Shown here piece by piece: positions 38,243 through 49,481 of a stretch of 64,000 nucleotides of DNA (position 1 is its first letter; every line of letters begins with the position of its first letter). A program made the translations under genes and the position numbers. The notes under the pieces were generated by a model. It was not told the origin of the DNA. It worked only from the letters and a program-made list of their open reading frames with translations, and made no database searches. Source of the DNA: Macrostomum hystrix (lineage: Eukaryota; Animalia; Platyhelminthes); the NCBI GenBank assembly GCA_950097015.1, contig CATNEN010000038.1, positions 34,286,001-34,350,000 on the forward strand. Reading direction: 5' to 3'.

Positions 38243-41200
38243 ATGAAACGGCTAAAGCAGCAATCGCCAGAGTCAGCAGCCTCCGCTTCAAATGGAGTTA
38301 ATTTTCGTTTCCCCAAGGAGCACAATTCCTACAGTCAGTCTGTGCTGCAGGACTTGTCCGATGCTAAGAAGGCGCGTGCTTTTGAACGCCTCCGGTCAAG
38401 CGTGACCGACATCTGGCGACCGGAGTTTGACGATGATTTTTACTTGTTCAGGTGCGAATTGCAGTGAAAGGGTGACAGTCTGATTGAGCGAGTGATGGTC
38501 AGAGCGAGAGAGTGGCACTGAGAGTTGCAGTGAGATACAGAGTGGCACTGAGAGTTGCAGTGAGATACAGAGTGGCACTGAGAGTTGCAGTGAGATACAG
38601 AGTGGCACTGAGAGTTGCAGTGAGATACAGAGTGGCACTGAGAGTTGCAGTGAGATACAGAGTGGCACTGAGAGTTGCAGTGAGATACAGAGTGGCACTG
38701 AGAGTTACAGTGAGATACAGAGTGGCACTGAGAGTTGCAGTGAGATACAGAGTGGCACTGAGAGTTACAGTGAGATACAGAGTGGCACTGAGAGTTGCAG
38801 TGAGATACAGAGTGGCACTGAGAGTTGCAGTGAGATACAGAGAGACACTAAGAGTTACAGAGTGAGATACAGAGAGACACTAAGAGTTACAGTAAGATAC
38901 AGAGTGGCACTGAGAGTTACAGCAAGCTACAGAGTGACACTAAGAGTTATAGTAAGATACAGAGTGACACTGAGAGTTACAGCAAGATACAGAGTGACAC
39001 TGAGAGTTACAGCAAGCGACAGAGTGGCACTGAGAGTTACAGTAAGATACAGAGTGACACTAAGAGTTACAGCAAGATAAAGAGTGACACTAAGAGTTAC
39101 AGTAAGATACAGAGTGGCACTGAGAGTTACAGCAAGCTACAGAGTGACACTAAGAGCTACAGTAAGATACAGAGTGACACTAAGAGTTACAGTAAGATAC
39201 AGAGTGACACTAAGAGTTACAGTAAGATACAGAGTGACACTAAGAGTTACAGTAAGATACAGAGTGACACTAGGAGTTACAGTAAGATACAGAGTGACAC
39301 TAAGAGTTACAGAGTGAGATACAGAGAGACACTAAGAGTTACAGTAAGCTACAGAGTGACACTAAGAGTTACAGAGTGAGATACAGAGAGACACTAAGAG
39401 TTACAGTAAGATACAGAGTGGCACTGAGAGTTACAGCAAGCTACAGAGTGACACTAAGAGTTATAGTAAGATACAGAGTGACAAATATGAGTCATAGATA
39501 GTGTCAGTCAAAGCCACAGAGAGTGACTGAAACCACAACGAATGAAATTACTGTAAAAGCACTTGAACATTTTATGAAATTAACATTTTTCAACCTGTCG
39601 CGTCAGGTGGGTGAAGGCTCGCCAGTTCGATGCTAAAAAGTCGGAGCAAATGCTGCGCGCTCACATTGAATGGCGTAGCGAATTCCGGGCCGACGCCATC
39701 CTGGACGAGTTCGCAATGCCCACCGCCTTGGCTGAGTATTACACTGGCGGATTCTGCGGCAACGACCTTGAGGGCCGGCCTGTTTGGTACGACCCCATCG
39801 GACGGAACGATCCTGAGGGACTAGCCAGGTGAGGCACAAGCCATCCTTGAGTATTCTGACACTTCACCATAGTCCAGATAACGAAGGTTCAGAAAGGTAT
39901 GACATGCTGTATTTTCAGGAGGGTATGACATGCTGAATGTTCAGGAGGGTATGACATACTAAATGTTCAGTAGGGTATGACATACTAAATTTTCAGGAGG
40001 GTATGACATGCTGAATGTTCAGGAGGGTATGACATACTAAATTTTCAGTAGGGTATGACATCTGAAGGTTCAGGGGATATGACATCTGAAGGTTCAGGAG
40101 GGTATGACATCTGAAGGTTCAGGAGGGTATGACATCTGAAGGTTCAGGAGGATATGACATCTGAAGGTTCAGGAGGATATTACATCTGAAGGTTCAGGAG
40201 GGTAACACATCTGAAGGTTCAGGAGGATATGACATCTGAAGGTTCAGGAGGGTATGACATCTGAAGGTTCAGGAGGATATGACATCTGAAGGTTCAGTAG
40301 TGTATGACATCTGAAGGTCAGTAGTGTATGACATCTGAAGGTTCAGGAAGATATGACATCTGAAGGTTCAGGAGGGTAACACATCTGAAGGTTCAGGAGG
40401 GTATGACATACTGAAGGTTCAGGAGGATATGACATCTGAAGGTTCAGGAGGATATGACATCTGAAGGTTCAGGAGGATATGACATCTGAAGGTTCAGGAG
40501 GGTATGACATTCTAAATGTTCAGGAGGGTATGACATACTAAATGTTCAGGAGGGTATGACATACTAAATGTTCAAGAGGGTATGAAATCTAAAGGTTCAG
40601 TGGATATGACATCTGAAGGTTCAGGAGGGTATGACATATGAAGGTTCAGGAGGGTAACACATCTGAAGGTTCAGGAGGGTATGACATACTGAAGGTTCAG
40701 GAGGGTAACACATCTGAAGGTTCAGGAGGGTATGACATACTGAAGGTTCAGGAGGGTATGACATACTGAAGGTTCAGGAGGGTAACACATCTGAAGGTTC
40801 AGGAGGGTATGACATCTGAAGGTTCAGGAGGATATGACATCTGAAGGTTCAGGAGGGTATGACATTCTAAATGTTCAGGAGGGTATGACATACTAAATGT
40901 TCAGGAGGGTATGACATACTAAATGTTCAGGAGGGTATGAAATCTAAAGGTTCAGGGGATATGACATCTGAAGGTTCAGGAGGGTATGACATCTGAAGGT
41001 TCAGGATGGTATCACATCTGAAGGTTCAGGAGGGTATGACATACTGAAGGTTCAGGAGGGTATGACATACTGAAGGTTCAGGAGGGTAACACATCTGAAG
41101 GTTCAGGAGGGTAACACATCTGAAGGTTCAGGAGGGTATGACATACTGAAGGTTCAGGAGGGTATGACATCTGAAGGTTCAGGAGGATATGACATCTGAA

Positions 41201-44200
41201 GGTTCAGGAGGATATGACATCTGAAGGTTCAGGAGGGTATGACATCTGAAGGTTCAGGAAGGTATGACATACTGAAGGTTCAGGAGGGTATGACATCTGA
41301 AGGTTCAGGAGGGTATGACATACTGAAGGTTCAGGATAGATAGGCTGAACATCGTACTTCAATTTAGAGGGTGACATTCTAAGGGTCACTTAAAGAGATA
41401 AATTAAATTATCTTTATTTGATTATTAAATATCAAAGGCTTGTGTAATTAAACTGCTGACCTTTACAGCCTTGAGTTTTGTTGTACGTAAATTAGCTGGT
41501 CATCCAACATTAGTTTTACTTTTTACTACTAAATTTGATGCTTTAAGATCTAAAAATAGAAAACTTACAGCGTGTTTAAGCATACTTTCGTTAAAATAGA
41601 TTAATAATTAGCAAGTTGATTCTTCAGGTAGGTACTGACACTTGGCTTTCAATTTAGATTATCATATCAAAGCATGCTTATCAGTGAATACCTTTTGTAC
41701 TTTTATCTAACGTGTCAGTAGCTTGTCAAAGAGGTCAGGCAACTGTAGCCTAGTGGTTAGACAGTCGGTCTTTTGACCAGGAGGTCTGGGGTTCGAATAA
41801 TATTTGGAGTAGCTTACTAAACAGCTGAATAGATGGCCAAATGTACTTTACTGCTGAATAGATGACCAAATGTACTTTAGTACTGAATAGATGACCAAAT
41901 GTACTTTAGTACTGAATAGATGACCAAATGTACTTTAGTGCCGATCTCTCCCGCCCAGATCCGCCACTCGCGAGGAGCTGATTCGCGCCCGCATCTACGT
42001 GTCCGAGTGGACCTGCCGTCGGCTCCTGCCTCGTCGTCGGGCTGCCACAGGTCGCGCCGTCTACCAGCTGACTGTGGTCTACGATATGGCCGAGTTTGGC
42101 CGGCGCCAAATGTGGCCTCCGTCGTTGGACCTGTTCCTGGAACTAACTAGAATCTGCGAGGCCAATTATCCGGAGACAATGGGCCTGGCGTTTGTCATTA
42201 ACGCGCCAGCCCTATTCCCGGCTCTGTTTAACATGCTCAAGCCACTGTTGCACAAGGAGACGCAGAATAAGATTCACGTACTAGGCGACAATTATAAGGA
42301 CGTTCTGCGGCAGTACATTGCGCCCGACCAGCTACCGGTGTGCTACGGTGGCACCAGACGCGATCCAGACGGAGATCCTACCTGCAAATCATGTATCTGC
42401 TATGGCGGACAGGTGAGTTATTACGTGATGAGTTCGTTGGCTAATACCAGTTAAGTTCGTTGGTTATTACCAGATTGGTTCGTTGGTTATTACTAGATTG
42501 GTTCGTTGGTTATTACTAGATTGGTTCGTTGGTTATTACCAGATTGGTTCGTTGGTTATTACTAGATTGGTTCGTTGGTTATTACTAGATTGGTTCGTTG
42601 GTTATTACCAGATTGGTTCGTTGGTTATTACCAGATTGGTTCGTTGGTTATTACCAGATTGGTTCGTTGGTTATTACCAGATTGGTTCGTTGGTTATTAC
42701 TAGATTGGTTCGTTGGTTATTAGCTCGTACTAGATGGGTTCGTTGGTTATTACCAGATTGGTTCCTTGGTTATTACATTGAAGGTCATCTGATCGACTCA
42801 TTTAATCTAGCCAAAGAAGACACTTATTGTTCCTGTGGAGTCACGAATCGAACCCCCGACCTTTCGCCAGTCCGACGCTCTAACTACTAGGCCCCATTTT
42901 TTAAATTGTTTAGGAATTTGAATACGTGCGCTAAAACGAAACTATTTAAATTCAAGCGCAATTATTTTATTACATTGACGTGGCCTCCAAGCCAGTATTT
43001 CGCATTCTTTTAGGACTTTTTTGTCAATGCAAGGTTCCCTATAGTTTCTACAGAACTTTATTTGACCTCTTCGCAAAGTTTTCTCTTTAAGTCTGCGTAT
43101 TACGCATGTGTAATGTTTAGTCAGAAACACGCAGTCTAAAACCCGCTTAAATCAATACCCGCACGCTTCAACTCTAAAGACTGAACTGTTGAGCGAATAA
43201 AATGCCAACAGGAAAATGTATATTATCTTGAAATAAATTTATTAAGCTCAATCTTCGTGTTGTGATCGATCAGCTGGGTCTAGTCAATAGCAGGTGCTTT
43301 CATGTGCGCCTTAAGCGCACTGATTTATAAGTTTTCTGAATATTAATGAAATCAGACAGCCTGCCTTCATGTCCCTTCAATCTATGTGTAGCTTCAGATT
43401 TTTTTTGTTTGCATTTCTACACTAGATCGTTATATTTTTATATGACTTAGAAAAATAATTTTTTCCTATTTAAACTGTTTGTAAGAAGGGCTGCGCTTTG
43501 TCTGTCTGTCTGTCTGACTGTCTGTCTATCTGTCTGTCTGTCTGTCTGTCTGTCTGCCCGCCTGTTTGTCTGTCTGCCCGCCTGTCTGTCTGTCTGCCCG
43601 CCTGTTTGTCTGTCTGCCCGACTGTTTCTCTGTCTGAATATGCTATCTGACAGTCTGTCTAGGATATCTGACTGTCAGACTGGGATATCTGACTGTCAGA
43701 CTGGGATATCTGACTGTCAGACTGGGATATCTGACTGTCAGACTGGGATATCTGACTGGGATATCTGACTGTCAGACTGGGATATCTGACTGTCAGACTG
43801 GGATATCTGACTGGGATATCTGACTGTCAGACTGGGATATCTGACTGTCAGACTGGGATATCTGACTGCCAGACTAGGATATCTGACTTTCAGACTGGGA
43901 TATCTGACTGTCAGACTGGGATATCTGACTGTCAGATTGGGATATCTGACTGTCAGACTGGGATATCTGACTGTCAGACTGGGATATCTGACTGTCAGAC
44001 TAGGATATCTGACTGGGATATCTGACTGTCAGACTGGGATATCTGACTGTCAGACTGGGATACCTGACTGTCAGACTAGGATATCTGACTGGGATATCTG
44101 ACTGTCAGACTGGGATATCTGACTGTCAGACTGGGATATCTGACTGTCAGACTGGGATATCTGACTGTCAGACTGGGATATCTGACTGTCAGACTGGGAT

Positions 44201-45002
44201 ATCTGACTGTCAGACTGGGATATCTGACTGTCAGACTGGGATATCTGACTGTCAGACTGGGATATCTGACTGTCAGACTGGGATATCTGACTGTCAGACT
44301 GGGATATCTGACTGTCAGACTGGGATATCTGACTGTCAGACTAGGATATCAATCGCTCCTCATCCGCAGGTGCCGCCCGAGTATCACCTGAAGCCGCGCA
44401 ACGCTGATCGCCTCATCCAGGCATCAATCGGACGCCGATCGGCACTGAAGGTGGAGCTGACGGTGCCTCCAGGCGCCGCGCCAGCCAACCTTGACTGGGA
44501 ATTTATCACAGACGACGGCGATATTGGCTTCGAAGTTTACCAATTGCCTAGCAACGTTGGCGACGCTAGCGATCAACAGCAGCGCCAGTATGTGGTCCAA
44601 CTGGGCCGGGTTGAAAGCGACCTCCGGCCAATCAGCGGCCGGGCTGTCTGTAACCTGCCCGGCACCTACGTTGCTAAATTCGACAACGGCCACAGCTGGA
44701 CTAGGTCGAAACGGCTCAGCTATTACCTGGAGTTGCTGCCTAATGGAGCACCGGTGGATGAGCAGCAGAATCATCTGGCTATTGTTCACGATCCGAAGCG
44801 GCGTAGAGGCGCCCGCCTGCGTTTCATCCCGCCAGACGACATGCCGACTCCGACTAGCCTGTCAACATCAGCCTCAGCCGCCTCGGTGGATCTGGCCCAG
44901 TTGACGCTGTCATCTAATAACAATGGCCTGTGCCGGCTGTCCCGTCAGGCCAGTCAGGAGAGCTTCCATACGGCCTGCTCGCATGTGTCAGACAGTGACT
45001 AG
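38243..45002 (+). CDS. SEC14L2: SEC14-like protein 2/3/4 family (CRAL-TRIO + GOLD); join(38243..38451,39607..39828,41959..42412,44370..45002), ~505 aa
   Basis: DDFYLFRWVKARQFD..KSEQML, GGFCGNDLEGRPVWYDPIG, EANYPETM, FVINAP, PDQLPVCYGGTRRDPDGDP, then GOLD (WEFITDDGDIGF, GTYVAKFDNGHSW). GT-AG junctions in phase. Confidence 0.92.
38505..39482. repeat. 30-bp minisatellite AGAGTGGCACTGAGAGTTGCAGTGAGATAC in SEC14-like intron 1
   Basis: About 32 copies, drifting to an AGAGTGACACTAAGAGTTACAGTAAGATAC variant. Confidence 0.96.
39885..41335. repeat. ~25-bp minisatellite GGTTCAGGAGGGTATGACATCTGAA in SEC14-like intron 2
   Basis: About 57 copies. Confidence 0.96.
41738..41798 (+). pseudogene. tRNA-like fragment / truncated SINE head
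   Basis: A box TAGCCTAGTGG and B box GGTTCGAAT at tRNA spacing; no 3' acceptor stem. Confidence 0.55.
41822..41939. repeat. 29-bp tandem repeat x4 next to the SEC14-like exon 3 acceptor
   Basis: TACTGAATAGATGACCAAATGTACTTTAG recurs at 41881 and 41910 plus two diverged copies upstream. Confidence 0.88.
42435..42775. repeat. 23-bp minisatellite GTTCGTTGGTTATTAC(C/T)AGATTG in SEC14-like intron 3
   Basis: About 13 copies starting just after the donor. Confidence 0.94.
42843..42895 (-). pseudogene. tRNA-like fragment / SINE head remnant
   Basis: Minus strand GGCCTAGTAGTTAGAGCGTCGGAC...GGTTCGATTC. Confidence 0.45.
43499..43635. repeat. (TCTG)n microsatellite with CCCG variants
   Basis: Directly visible. 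Confidence 0.9.
43645..44350. repeat. 21-bp minisatellite GGGATATCTGACTGTCAGACT in SEC14-like intron 3
   Basis: About 33 copies ending ~19 nt before exon 4. Confidence 0.96.
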
Positions 45003-45122
45003 TTATGTTTTTTCTGCCTACTAGAGAGCCGACTGAATTCTTATTCGATCAAAATCTGCGCTTACATTAGTTAGCTGGGCATTGATGTTTAAGTTTTCTA
45101 TTTTTGTTATTTTAGATATTCT

Positions 45123-46102
45123 TTCAGGAGAATGTCTAAGGGGTTCAGGGGAATATCTAATGGGTTCAGGGGAATGTCTAAAGGGTTCAGGGGAATGTCT
45201 AATGGGTTCAGGAGAGTGTCTAATAGGTTCAGGGGAATGTCTAATGGGTTCAGGGGAATGTCTAAAGGGTTCAGGGGAATGTCTAATGGGTTCAGGGGAA
45301 TGTCTAATGGGTTCTGGAGAATGTCTAATGGGTTCAGGAGAATGTCTAGTGTGTTCAGTAGAATGTCTAATGGGTTCTGGAGAATGTCTAGTGTGTTCAG
45401 GGGAATGTCTAATGGGTTCTGGAGAATGTCTAATGGGTTCAGGAGAATGTCTAGTGTGTTCAGGGGAATGTCTAATGGGTTCTGAAGAATGTCTAATGGG
45501 TTTAGGGGATTCTCTAATGGGTTCAGGAGAATGTCTAATGGGTTCAGGAGAATGTCTAATAGGTTCAGGAGAATGTCTGATTGGTTAATTTGAATTTCTA
45601 ATGGGTTCAGGATAATGTGTTAAGGCTTCATGGGAATGTCTGATGGGTTCAGGGGAATGTCTAATGGGTTCAGGGGAATGTCTAATGGGTTCAGTGGAAT
45701 TTCTAATGGGTTCAGGCGAATGTCTAATGGGTTCAGCGGAATGTCTAATGGGTTCAGTGGAATGTCTAATGGGTTCAGGGGAATGTCTAATGGGTTCAGG
45801 GGAATGTCTAATGGGTTCAAGGGAATATCTAATGGGTTCAGGGGAATGTCTAATGGGTTCAGGGGAATGTCTAATGGGTTCAGGGGAATATCTAATGGGT
45901 TCAGGGGAATGTCTAATGGGTTCGGGGGAATGTCTAATGGGTTCAGGGGAATGTCTAATAGGTTCAGGGGAATGTCTAATGGGTTCAGGGGAATGTCTAA
46001 TGGGTTCAGGGGAATGTCTAATGGGTTCAAGGGAATATCTAATGGGTTCAGAAGAATGTCTTATGGGTTCAAGGGAATGTCTAATGGGTTCAGGGGAATG
46101 TC
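45123..46102. repeat. 21-bp minisatellite GGTTCAGGGGAATGTCTAATG
   Basis: About 46 copies beginning ~120 bp after the SEC14-like stop codon. Confidence 0.96.
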
Positions 46103-47539
46103 TCGTAGTTCAAGCTAGTGTGTAAGGTTTGTGCGATCGTTTTGTTTTGCTACTGAGCGACGGGCTCATGTTTTTTGTTTTTGAAAATTGCATTAATAAT
46201 CCACAATAAACTAATAGTTTTTGCCGTCTTTTTTATAACCTTTAGTTGTTACATTTTTATTATCTTTTTTGTGATTTTTTATAGCGTACTTATTAGTTGA
46301 TAATTGTTCAGAAAAGTGAAAAAAAAACAAATTAAAAAAGATGCATTAAGCCCTCAAAGATTCGTGCCATGTTTTCAGTGTGTAGTTCCAGTATCGAATC
46401 CTACAAGGCTTTTCGCCCATAAAAGACCTAAAATAAGTTTTTTAAAACATTTAATTCTCATGTATATCACATTGTAACTAGCAAGCATACATGCGGCTAC
46501 TCAAGTAGTTATTTTTGTTTTTGTCTCCCTCTAATTCTGTTGTTTTTTTATCTTTTCTGTGCGCATAATTATATGAAATGAATAAGTTTATTTTTTAGTT
46601 AGAGGAAATGAAGCCTGCAACTTTGTGCATTTGTCTGTCTTTCCTGTCAATAATTTCCTGTCACACGATGTTAGCTGCGGATCGCATATTCAGTTGAGTT
46701 TTTTTATATATTTCTGATGCGTATTTTTGTTTTAGAAATCTAATCGGGCTTAATAGGCTGCTGTTTTTTTAAGTGTATATTTAAACCAGTTTGCATGTTT
46801 TACTCTAAATGCTTAAAATCTCGATTTAGCTATAAGTTTTGAAAACATTTTGCATACTACTAACTATACTACTATTATTACTAAGCTGTGTCGAGTTATT
46901 TTTATTCAGACACTCCCTTTGCCCAAACGAATGACACATCACGGACACATTCCTGGCGCTGATGAAGTTCGACTATTCAATTTTTAGTTAGCTTATTCTG
47001 CAACTTGTTCATCATTTGTATCAGTAAAGTTTAAAAAATAAACTAATTCAAACAAATATATTTGTGTAGCCTAACTCAGTTCTGCAATGTCAGTCCTTCG
47101 TGAAACTCTTATTTACTGACCGGTAACGAGTGGCTTCCAATTCAAAGCTAATATTTATTTTTCATGTTTTTCTTTGAACTAAGTATAATTGTACCCTCAT
47201 ATGTTTTCTATTTGTTTTTTTTAAGAAATAAATACTTTTGAAGACTGTATCTTTGGAAGTTTTTTTTGTGTACTTATTTTAGTCTGTACTATGTTGTACA
47301 CCAGACATGTTAATTATTTCACTATTTTGTGGCAGTGGCCACACTGCAGACTAAAAACTTAGTAGTACTCTAAAAAAATATAATTGCTTTTCTTCTTTGA
47401 AGCATGCAACAAACTCAATTAATTGACTTTTATTAGCATTAGTTCATCATAAATTGCTACGCAGTGCTGTTATCTGTGTTTGTTATTTATTTTGCCCTTG
47501 TTCGGTTTTAATCCTGTCACCTTTGCAGTCCATCCCTTC

Positions 47540-49030
47540 ATTGTCTCACCTCACCCCTGTCTTATCTCTCCGTGTCTCACCTCACCCCTGTCTTATCTCT
47601 CCCGTCTCACCTCACCCCTGTCTTATCTCTCCCGTCTCACCTCACCCCTGTCTTATCTCTCCCGTCTCACCTCACCCCTGTCTTATCTCTCCCGTCTCAC
47701 CTCACCCCTGTCTTATCTCTCCCGTCTCACCTCACCCCTGTCTTATCTCTCCCGTCTCACCTCACCCTTGTCTTATCTCTCCGTGTCTCACCTCTCTCCC
47801 GTCTCACCACTCCCTTGTCTCACCTCTCTCCCGTCTCACCACTCCCTTGTCTCACCACTTCTCCCGTCTCACGACTCCCGTGTCTCACCTCTCTCCCGTC
47901 TCACCACTCCCTTGTCTCACCACTCTTCCGTCTCACCACTCCCGTGCCTCACCTCTCTCCCGTCTCACCACTCTTCCGTCTCACCACTCTTCCGTCTCAC
48001 CACTCTTCCGTCTCACCACTCTTCCGTCTCACCACTCCCTTGTCTCACCTCTCTCCCGTCTCACCACTCCCTTGTCTCACCTCTCTCCCGTCTCACCACT
48101 CCCTTGTCTCACCACTCTTCCGTCTCACCACTCTTCCGTCTCACCTCTCTTCCGTCTCACCACTCTTCCGTCTCACCACTCTTCCGTCTCACCACTCTTC
48201 CGTCTCACCACTCTTCCGTCTCACCACTCCCTTGTCTCACCTCTCTCCCGTCTCACCACTCCCTTGTCTCACCACTCTCCCGTCTCACCACTCCCTTGTC
48301 TCACCTCTCTCCCGTCTCACCACTCCCTTGTCTCACCTCTCTCCCGTCTCACCACTCCCTTGTCTCACCACTCTTCCGTCTCACCACTCTTCCGTCTCAC
48401 CTCTCTTCCGTCTCACCACTCTTCCGTCTCACCACTCTTCCGTCTCACCACTCTCCCGTCTCACCACTCCCTTGTCTCACCTCTCTCCCGTCTCACCACT
48501 CCCTTGTCTCACCTCTCTCCCGTCTCACCACTCCCTTGTCTCACCTCTCTCCCGTCTCACCACTCCCTTGTCTCACCACTCTTCCGTCTCACCACTCCCG
48601 TGCCTCACCTCTCTCCCGTCTCACCACTCTTCCGTCTCACCACTCTTCCGTCTCACCACTCTTCCGTCTCACCACTCCCTTGTCTCACCTCTCTCCCGTC
48701 TCACCACTCCCTTGTCTCACCTCTCTCCCGTCTCACCACTCCCTTGTCTCACCACTCTTCCGTCTCACCACTCTTCCGTCTCACCACTCTTCCGTCTCAC
48801 CACTCTTCCGTCTCACCACTCTTCCGTCTCACCACTCCCTTGTCTCACCTCTCTCCCGTCTCACCACTCCCTTGTCTCACCACTCTTCCGTCTCACCACT
48901 CTTCCGTCTCACCACTCCCTTGTCTCACCTCTCTCCCGTCTCACCACTCCCTTGTCTCATCACTTCTCCCGTCTCACGACTCCCGTGTCTCACCTCTCTC
49001 CCGTCTGGCTTCTTATCTCTACTGTCTCAT
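47540..49030. repeat. Pyrimidine-rich minisatellite: 30-bp unit x~7, then 16-bp units (CTCTCTCCCGTCTCAC family)
   Basis: Directly visible; nearly purine-free plus strand. Confidence 0.96.
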
Positions 49031-49481
49031 CTGACCACAGTCGCATCTCTCCCCTGTCCCACCTCTCTATTGTTTCTTCTGCTCTGCCTTTCTATTTTGT
49101 CTTGTCATTTTAAGTTACTTTTTTTAAGATGATAAAGTGACAATCGTGGATTGCTAGAAGTAGATTTGATTTTATGGTATTTCCTTACGCATGTCTACGC
49201 ATCTATATATAGCATCTTACTTTGATGTCTACGGCTTAAGATTGCGCATGGACTTCTTAATTTAGCATTTGTGGGCTAGCTTTAGAAGTACATGGCTAGG
49301 CTTCTTACTTTTTTGGTTAATGAAAGCACAAGCTCTGAATAATTTTCCCATAGACATTCAATATGTTTTTTACAGGTTTGAATATTTGTCAAATGACATT
49401 TGTGGCAATCAATTAGGCCAAGCGGGCGAGTAAGTCAAACTTAAGGACCGACTTAGAAAGACACTTTTCAATTACATCAGT

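Noticed and set aside
41738-41798. Functional tRNA gene (also 4750-4821, 42843-42895, 59759-59835)
   Set aside because: A/B boxes present but no complete cloverleaf or acceptor stem; SINE heads or remnants.
47454-49132. Three 500+ aa ORFs, and similar repeat ORFs at 2.1-2.9, 7.5-8.2, 15-16, 37.5-39.3, 45-46, 51-52 and 62.5-63.8 kb
   Set aside because: Stop-free frames are a by-product of low-complexity tandem units; no coding features.
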